A stretch of DNA of 60,161 bases, counting the filler, from Sphacelaria rigidula (lineage: Eukaryota): the NCBI GenBank assembly GCA_964200075.2. It is 6 parts of 6 records of this genome, joined end to end, with 100 filler letters (N's around TTAATTAATTAA, not from the genome) between each part and the next. Parts side by side here need not be neighbours in the genome. Positions count along the whole stretch, not along the records: positions 50,221 to 60,161 come from CAXNAA020007444.1; 5 more parts are not named here. One strand, 5' to 3'. Below are positions 51,577 to 60,161 of the stretch, in pieces; the stretch's first letter is position 1; each line of letters opens with the position of its first letter. The notes under the pieces were generated by a model. The model ran no database searches. It was given only the letters and a program-made list of their open reading frames with translations, and was not told the DNA's origin. The position numbers and the translations under genes are program-made.

Positions 51577-52208
51577 TATGTATAGGAGTCACATTTCGGC
51601 TCATTTTCGAGCCTTGCAGACAGGTGCATTCATGCTTTATTCTTCACTTGTTTTTAGACTACACATATTTCGGGGCAAGTCCGTTCTATGAACCTCTGAG
51701 AAGCCAGCATTTCTTCTTTACTTGAATTTAGAATACAATTTTTCGCTTATTTACACGAATCAGCCTCTTCGCGTGCATTTCGCTGGGCATTAGGGTGCGT
51801 TCCCGTTCTGCTTGGGTTTGGAGTGCAGACGCTTCCCGCGCTATGTTCTCCATGGCGTTTTGACGTTTGATGCATTTCCTCGTTGGACGGTGGACCCTTT
51901 GACCGTCGGAGATGTCACCATAGGGCCCACATTTATTCGTGGAACCGGTATCGCTTTCACTTGAAAAATGTATGGGCATCATGCTCAGTTGGATCGGCTG
52001 TGCGGAACGCCTCTCCGTTCAATCTTGGGGCACACCGGGAGCACGTTGTGATCTTGCCCGCATGTCGCATCGTCTCGGCTGTACTCCCCCTTCACTGTCT
52101 CTGGACTGCTGTAGTAGCTGCTGCTGCTGCTCTACGGTACATGCAATTACGTTATGACGAAGTGCTAAGACAACGGCTTCTATTTCAGATTTGAAACGGC
52201 AGCTGGTT

Positions 52209-52356
52209 GCCCCGGTGGCTCAGTTGGTAACCTCGAAACCTTCTGACGGTTGGGTCGTGGGTTCGAATCTCAGTGCAGTCAAACGATCTGGGATTTCATC
52301 TCACACCATACCCAACAGTGGAGAGCGAATATGTCGTGAGGGTAGCTAAAATTCAA
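52209..52356 (+). mobile_element. tRNA-derived SINE, copy 2
   Basis: A box GTGGCTCAGTTGG and B box GGTTCGAATC; body shared with 37975. Confidence 0.8.
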
Positions 52357-53584
52357 CAACCTGTGTGTTTCCAGTTTGCGGGAGTAATGAGATCCCCGCG
52401 TTCAGTCAAGCTGTGATGTCGGTTGGCGGAGGCAACGAGTTTCCGGCGTTCACCTCTGATTGTGTTGGATTGTTCGCCACGTGTCAAGCCCTTGCATGAG
52501 CCTCTGTCATCGGGACACCTATGTAGTTCCTCTTCTGGCTATAAACGAGGCGAATTTATTCATTTTTAGAATCGGCATCATGATCAATCAAGAAAAGTAT
52601 GAAACAGCAGCGTGCCATCCCCCTCCACTGAACGCTCAAGGAGGAGGGAAAAAGAAACCTTTCTTTTTCGAATTTGAATCGGCATCAGCTCAGCGGGTGC
52701 TGACCTTTTTTCTTTGTGGTGGACGCGCGTCTCGCCCAAAACATCGTCTCTCATGGAATTCTGAAAAGGTTTGCGTAAGGCCCCGAACAACGTGCTCAGC
52801 TCATGAGCTAGCTGCCACTACGGCTTTGTCAACCTGTGCCATTTACCATTAAGCAACGCACATGAGTATCAGCACCGGTGCCCACGTATCTTGCCTGTCG
52901 ATCTATTGAGCGTGGCGGCGATGACCGCCGAAACTCTTGTACATAAACATATCGAATCACTGCGAGAAATCAAACCGCAAAAGGTACGGTAAGTCAAGAC
53001 TTCTGGATATCGTCATATTTCCATTATATTTATCGCCCGTATATTAACGCCTTGTATGTCCACCCGTCTATCTGGTCCTCTGCCGGCAGCTTGAGATGGA
53101 AGAGTGATGTGCAGCGGCTAGTATTCATGCGAATAAGTGCCATCCTAATATCCGTGTGCTCTACTGCAATCGGCGACAGGGGTGTACACGCATGGTTTGC
53201 AGTCTATCTCTCCACGTATATACACACATATATATATATATATATGTGTGTGTGTGGGTGGGTGCCCAAGCGTATGTATGCGAGTGTATATCGACTCCAA
53301 ACGGCGAAAAAGCAACAACCTTCCTTCTCTCTTTTTATTGTGTCCGGACGCGCGTGAAACATCGACATGGAATATGGCTATCCATGCCTGAAGGGATACA
53401 GTTATCCATATCATGCCCAAAAACATACAAAACCTGCTCAAAGTCCGGCCCCAGATGCCCGTGGAGCATGGACCTCAAGTGCGCTGCACCGGCGTCCAGC
53501 TCCTTCGTACGCTTCTTCACCGCCTTGATAACACAGCATAGCATAACACGAACATAAAGACGTACACATCGGTCCCTAGAGAAG

Positions 53585-53712
53585 TACACGGATACACAGA
53601 TACACAGGTACACAGATACATGGATACATGAATGGATACATAGATACATGGATACATAGATACATGAATAGATACATAGATACATAGATGCATAGATGCA
53701 TAGATAGATACT
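53585..53712. repeat. (GATACATA)n-type microsatellite; also (TACA)n at 54483-54531 and 58784-58850, and (TA)n at 38734-38768
   Basis: Read directly from the sequence. Confidence 0.9.
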
Positions 53713-55058
53713 TCGATACCTATATACCTAGACATCAAGGCACACAAAACACTGCAGCGAATAACACGGGCAAAATGGCATCTTGAAGTCGAAAAAGAAG
53801 TGCAAGAGTTCGAGGACACGTGGCGACGCGAAGACAAACCAAAATCGGACCGCCGTCACAAACGAGAGGCTGCTGCGTCGAGAGCCGCCAATCGAAGAAT
53901 CCTGTCTGCTCCTATCAGTTGTTGATTGTATCCTCGGTCGGTGGTTCTGCGGTGCCCCCTGATGTGTGTCTGAATCTGCTCTGCTGCCCTGAATTCTCTG
54001 GGCTTCACCACTTCCGTAGTCTCCTTCTCTGCTTTCCCTTTCCCCCATCCTCCTCTCCATATATATGTACCCTTTCCTGGCTATGTATGCCAGAGTAGTG
54101 TGGTGCCTCGCTCCATTGTGTTTGCTCATGGATGAGAGGGTTCATACCCCAAATAGTGCGGTCTTCGTAAATGAGCCGCAATCTTTTCCCACGGCCTTTT
54201 GTTTTCTACGATTGGGTATGAGTATGGCTTCTGCGCAAGACCTTTTCCGCCGAAGCCATGTGGCAAAGGCCGGCCATTTCTATTTCTTCTCTTCTGTTCC
54301 TTTTTTCTTTCTGAGTCTCCTCTGATGTTCTGGTCCACCTCTTCTGTTTCTTCTATTTTCTTCAGCGAGGGTTTGACTTTTATTTTGTCTCGAGCACGTT
54401 CATCATGTTGCCACGGCTGGATCTCTGGGGGGTCAATTTAAGTGCGACAATCAATCAAATCAATAGATAGACTAGATGCTAGATACATACATACATACAT
54501 ACATACATACATACATACATACATACATACATGCATAATATTTTGGACTCACGAGCGCGAAGAATACTTTGTAGGGAGGCGTCCACGAGTTTATGCTGGA
54601 ATTAATGTGCAAGTTCCTCCGCACCCGCCCCGGGGGACGACTGTTCGGGCGAACGCCAATGCTAGGGGTCCAGTGCGCGGATCCGTGCTACATTTTGTGT
54701 CGGGGAGTACACTTGCGTTCGCGACCGTTCGAACGGACGCGAGATCGCGGTGGTCCTGCAATGCTTTCGGCGGGCATTTCGTAGATTTTCTCGCGCAGCA
54801 GTTTTCACAGGTATCCCAAGCTCGAGATCCCCAGTACATTGCACAGTAATTTACAGTCGAATATATGAGAAACCTCGAGTTCGAGATATTGTACCCCTAA
54901 CAGGTGGACCGGCCTTACTTCCAGGGCGGAAGACGGCGCACGAACACGTTTTCTCGCACGACAAGGGAAGTAAAAACGGATTCTGATGCAACTGTATACG
55001 GCGCCTATTACAGTATTGGCGGCCGCAACGACAGCCTCTCGCACAGGAGAAGGAACGT

Positions 55059-55352
55059 GAAACGAGGTCTAGTGCAGTCCGGCGCTGAATGCCGACGTGG
55101 TGTCGTCGATTTCTGGCGTGAACGTTTCCGAAGCAGATGATTACTTTGTGCAAGTAATCTATGCTGGAATACAGACAGTGCATGACTACATGAAAGAACA
55201 GACAGTTCAAGGCGCTGATTGCCGGTGGGTGGGTGCACCGACAGCTTCTCGGACACAAGGAGGCACGCGAAACGAAGTCTAGTGCAATACGGCGCTGAAT
55301 GCTGACGTTGCGTTGTTCAATTCTAGCGTTGAAAGCTGCTGACGCAGATGAT
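55059..55352 (+). repeat. ~85-bp diverged direct repeat pair; a separate ~81-bp tandem pair lies at ~55728-55900
   Basis: GAAACGARGTCTAGTGCA...CGGCGCTGAATGCYGACGT...GCAGATGATT occurs twice; GTGTTTTTCGCGGGG.TTTGGCTG occurs twice. Confidence 0.75.
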
Positions 55353-58300
55353 TGCCGGTGCAAGGCATACATGTAAGTAGTACAGTACCGACAGAACTGC
55401 AGGTAGCGAGAGCATGTCATGGATTGAATCGGCATCAATTTCACATAAAAAATGTATGTATGACCGAGATGGACTACCCCCCCGGTGTGATGGTCAAATA
55501 CAGCCAGTACAGTAACAACAGTAGTCTACATTCAGTCAAGACGACTGCGAGTATAGAGACTACTGTCTGTTGTGATCTTCAAACGTGATAAGCGCATCCC
55601 ACCATATACAAGACTGCATGTGGTCCTGTTTTCTCTGACTTTAGACGTTGGAGGCTTCGCCACCTCGCTATATTACGGGGTATATGCCTCCACGCGTAAA
55701 CAGAAAGCACCCTGTGGGAGGCACGTCTACAGGGGTCAGGGAAACTGTGCTGTGTTTTTCGCGGGGGTTTGGCTGGAGGGTGTGTTTTTGCGCCACACAG
55801 GACACTTCACAGGGTTTCAGGGAAAATGCGCAGTGTTTTTCGCGGGGATTTGGCTGTAGGGTATTTTTTTGCGCCACACAGTACGCTTCACGGGGTTTCG
55901 TCACCCCGTGTAGTGTCCATTGCTGCTAAAATGTTGTATGGTACTTTTACGCACATACAATGTGCTCCATCTTACAGCGCGGGCACGGTACTGGCTAAAA
56001 AAGAGAGGGTGGGTTTCGGACTCGCGCTTTGAAGATCGAGAGGACACCGCGCTGAGCATTAAACCACCTATGATTCGCGGTTGACCCAGGGTGTACTTTT
56101 GCGCTTCTCATGGATATCAAGCAACATAAATAGTTCAACAGGTAAAAACATGATTTCCTTGAGCACATAATTTTGCTGAGGATGCCTATGGGGAAATTTT
56201 GAGGGAAATACTCTCCGGGGTGTAAATTTACCTCTGAAGTTTGACCTTTGGGACCCCAGCAATCTTGTACTCTGTAGTATAGACCATGACCCGAGATATA
56301 TATCACCCGTCGTTCACAGATCGAATAATGCGAACCCGACAACACTTGTACTCAGCTACCACCGCACAACTCTGCAGCAAAGAGCACGAGTTGGGCACAG
56401 GGATATAGATACACACTGCCGTGGTTGGGTATGATGTACTTCTTCTTGGTGGAAACTTGAGCATGTTCTTTGATGGTCGCGGCACCGCGCGGCGACGGAA
56501 ACACGCGGGGTATAGCAGGGTGCGGGGAATAACCACGGCTTATTGCATACACACCCATCATGGGCAATGCAGGCAGTACAAAACTGCAGCTTGTTCAAGT
56601 CCTATTCACGTCGCACTGTAGGTAGAGAAGAGATATAGTCCTGCGCTGTCTGTACTGTACTTTCCCCGCTTCCCTTTCACGCCCTACTTACTGTGCTGCA
56701 GTTATAATTGTGCGCATACAGTATATGCTGGAAGAACGCGCGTGTGAGCTGCAATTCCTGACGGTATAACACCCCCATACATCAAAATAAGATGCAGCAT
56801 CCACATTGCGTAGCCATACGGAGCGCATATGCGGCGCTAACTCTGTAGTATATAGCACCCGTATAAGCACGGTATGGCACTTTCCTGCATGGTATTGTAG
56901 AGTCCAGTACACAGTTCATTGTTGTTATCATATATTCTCATCAAAGTATGTAGCTCTTGTATAAACCGCAATGAGATTTTTCGCGTTTTAAATCTAAAAA
57001 ATCATGCATGGTGTTGTTTCGGTAGAGGTTGGACGACGGGGGGTTTATGCGCTATGTCGATACATGTGCGAGGTATATACCGGTATTCCACCATTACCAC
57101 CGCTGCAGCTAAAGCTTGATGCTTCGGAGCACAGCCGTGTAAAAATACATACGTAAGCAGTTTGTGGGATTTGTACACAGCGAAAAGTGTTTGAAAGTTC
57201 TATTCTCCCGCCCAATTGATATATGAATTGGGGGGGCAAGCGGATGAATTTTCAACAATTTTTTGCTACACTCGAATATCATCTGCTACTTACGGTGCAG
57301 TATGTGGGACTTGCACAGCTGAGGCTGTTCGCAATAAGTTCCATTTTTGCCCAATGTCTGGATGAATTAGCGAGCAAGGTGAGGATTCATTTCGAGCAGA
57401 TTCTTCTGTTCACATTCCAAATCCACCAGTGTGAATGGGATTTGTAGAGCAGAAGAAGCTGCTCGAAATAAATCCTCTTGTTCCCCAAAATCCAAAATGG
57501 GGCAAAAAGAGGATATATTACGAGCAGCTTCTCTAAATAAATAACTCTACAGGTCTTGTGACAAAATGACTTGGAATTTTCAAATTGGGAGTGCCTCTCC
57601 ACAGGGTTACTCACAGTGTGTCGAGAAAAATGCTTTACAAGATGCTGGTATAGGTACTAGGGTCTGCAAATGCCGTGCGGGAGTTCTCACAAAGATTGTG
57701 AAGAACCCTGTGCAACACGTCCTACAGGGTGCTACCTGTCCACGTGTGTCTCGGACACTCGTCCTATACCGCTAGGTTGTCCTCGGAGGGTGTCTGTGTA
57801 GAACAAACGTTCTCCTTGCCTGCCGAGGCCAAGTCGCTCTTTTTACAGTACAGTACAAAACAAAGTCGAACCGTCGTGTGTACCAAGAGTAGAAAACGGG
57901 ACGCAGACTCTGATTTTGCCCTAAATCGTAGACGGAACAAGCTGAACATGTGACCAAAGTCTCACAATGTGTCCACTGAGTCAGCAGATAGTGGTGATCA
58001 TGTACTAAGCTCGTCTGCGAGAACTTCTACTCATCTGTGTATCCTGCACGAGGACGGCTGCTGCCCGGGCACCCAACGCTCCGGTATTTTTCATATTCTC
58101 TTTTGCCTATCGCTCGTACCCGTCCACGCGATTTATACTGGAATGAGTGTATGCCCGCACCCGCCCGCACACGAGCTTCCCATACTGTATATATATATAT
58201 ATATATTTGGATTATAATTGTATATGTAAAGTTTAGCATTGTATAAGACGGTATTTGGTGTTCGCTTCGAAGAAGATGTGCGTGTATTCTGTAGGTGGAA

Positions 58301-60161
58301 GATGAATTTATGGACGTGCAAGAAGTCGATTGGGTGGAACCCTGTGTCGGTTATTTATTTTTGCTCGTAGTTTGTTTTTTCCTCACACTTCCTCGGAATG
58401 AGTCCGTGGTCTCAAGAGATCAACCGATCTCTCCCCCGGTAGTAGTGCGTGAGTAGAACACTGTTTCTTCACACCGAGAGTCGAGTTTGAGCCCTGGGTC
58501 GGATTTTTTTTCCCTGCTAGTGGTGCCATATAAGAACACAGTTTTTCTACATCGGGAGTCGATTTTGTCTTCCACTGCAATCTTCACACTTCCTCTCATG
58601 ATTCATACCCGCGGTCCTATTCGTCGTCTCGCAAATTTTGCTCCCATCATCATATTATCCCTTCCCCCTTCCATCAACCAACATCGTCATCTCTGTAAAC
58701 AAACACAATAACCTCGAAGACAACGGTGCAAGGGGAGGGAATGCTACGACATATCAGCGGCAGCCCCGGTCCCGAACGGCTTGTACATACATACATACAT
58801 ACATACATACATACATACATACATACACACATACACACATACACACTACACTATACACAAGACTACATACCATATGATACACACACATGTGGAGCATAGT
58901 ACATCATATCATCGTTCCTTCCCCCCCCTTCCTTCCCTCCTTTACTCTGTTTTTCGTCGTTTCTAGCGTCATCTTCGGTTTACCTCACTTCATGTTTGTA
59001 TCTCCTTTTCTCCCCTTTTCAAGTTTCCTCCAGCCACTGTTTCCGTTATCGGAAGCATCTACCTTGAGACAATGGCTGGATTTCTCGGGGATCATTTGAT
59101 TTGAAATAATCAATCCATATATCCATCCATCAATCAATCGCACCGGCCTCGAAGGCGGGACCCCCGCCGTACGGTAATCAACGCACGTCCACAATAGCGA
59201 CAGTAGTATCTAGTGCGCAGTATTATCGTATGCGACGCAACTTAACGCCCGCGCGCTCAGCACTTCCCTCATGGCTGGACAATCTAACATGATAAAACTT
59301 CGGTTACCGATGGTTCAGAGGGGTCCCAGCATAGTGTGTTATGTCACCAGCCCGGCATGACCGCACTATGCCGGGACCCCGCACTACACGGTGCACTGCA
59401 ATCGAGCACTTGGTATTTGGTTTACCGGGTCGGACCCTTGACGGGCGAGTCTAACCGATTTGTCGGGGGACCTCCCATTGTACATGCTGGTACCTTCAGT
59501 ACTGTATCAGTAGATGCTGTATACCTGCCCCTCTGAACAACGCCCCTGAATGATGACTTTCCATTACTCCGCTTCCTCGGGACGAGTCCGCGGTCTCCGG
59601 AGATTCTCAACCTATCTCTCCCGCGGTACATACCTGCCCGATGAATGTTATCGAGGGTTGGACTCTCGTCATTTTTTTCTTCTTCGCTAACCTTGTCCTC
59701 ACGCCTCAACCAAGGGAAAATCGATATAATACTGCTTCATTGCTTTTGGCACACAGAACTATCCCTCGTGGAAATTGTCGCACGCAAGGAACAAGGCAAA
59801 GTTGGCTCCTAGGCCAAATTCAAAGAGAAGAGAAAGAAGAAGGATTTTCGAACAATCGGTCGGTCGCTGTGGCTTTTCTTTCACAGGAAATCAGACACAA
59901 TTACATCGACCATACCGAACTGTGCGTATTGTACGCGAGGTGAGGTCAAACGTAAGTTTCTTATCACAGTACGTACTCCAAAGGACAAGAGCATTCGGCC
60001 CCTCAAGACTCTGGGACCCCAAACAACCGGTGGACAAAAAAACGCCATATATCGAAAGCTGTGTAATGCCTGCCCCCTGTGAACAGTAATCGTTTGATGC
60101 ATTAGACAGTAGGGAGAAAACGATGGCTATACTAGGAGATGGATGATGGCCAGAGACGGCG

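Noticed and set aside
53335-56620. Possible exons or LINE fragments in contig 6 (53432-53523, 54130-54420, 56350-56620)
   Set aside because: No recognisable motifs and no phase-consistent exon chain could be built.

Overview
Eukaryotic, intron-rich and repeat-rich DNA, most likely from a brown alga (inferred from a beta-helix+WSC gene, TTAGGG tracts and an ALOG-type DIRS element). The window is not contiguous. Five 100-nt spacers (N-runs around TTAATTAATTAA) join six contigs of 9945, 9945, 9944, 9944, 9942 and 9941 bp, so these are length-sorted unplaced contigs and no linkage across the gaps can be inferred. The main feature fills contig 2: a ~9.0-kb, apparently full-length but mutated tyrosine-recombinase (DIRS/PAT-type) retrotransposon at 10120-19142. 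It carries an ORF-A, a 2.2-kb repeat-rich noncoding block, a zinc-knuckle gag, RT-RNase H-adenine methyltransferase, and a recombinase whose N-terminal DNA-binding part is an ALOG domain (the family of plant LSH1/G1 regulators). It has split direct repeats A1...B1-A2-B2, but B1, A2 and B2 are separated by structured spacers, both ends share a TAGT core, and A2 contains a hammerhead-like CTGATGA-stem-GAAA motif. The other contigs hold a spliced beta-helix+WSC gene, two spliced genes of unknown product, a MITE carrying telomeric repeats, Sola2-like MITEs, tRNA-derived SINEs, a 42-bp hairpin satellite and a decayed copia-like RT.
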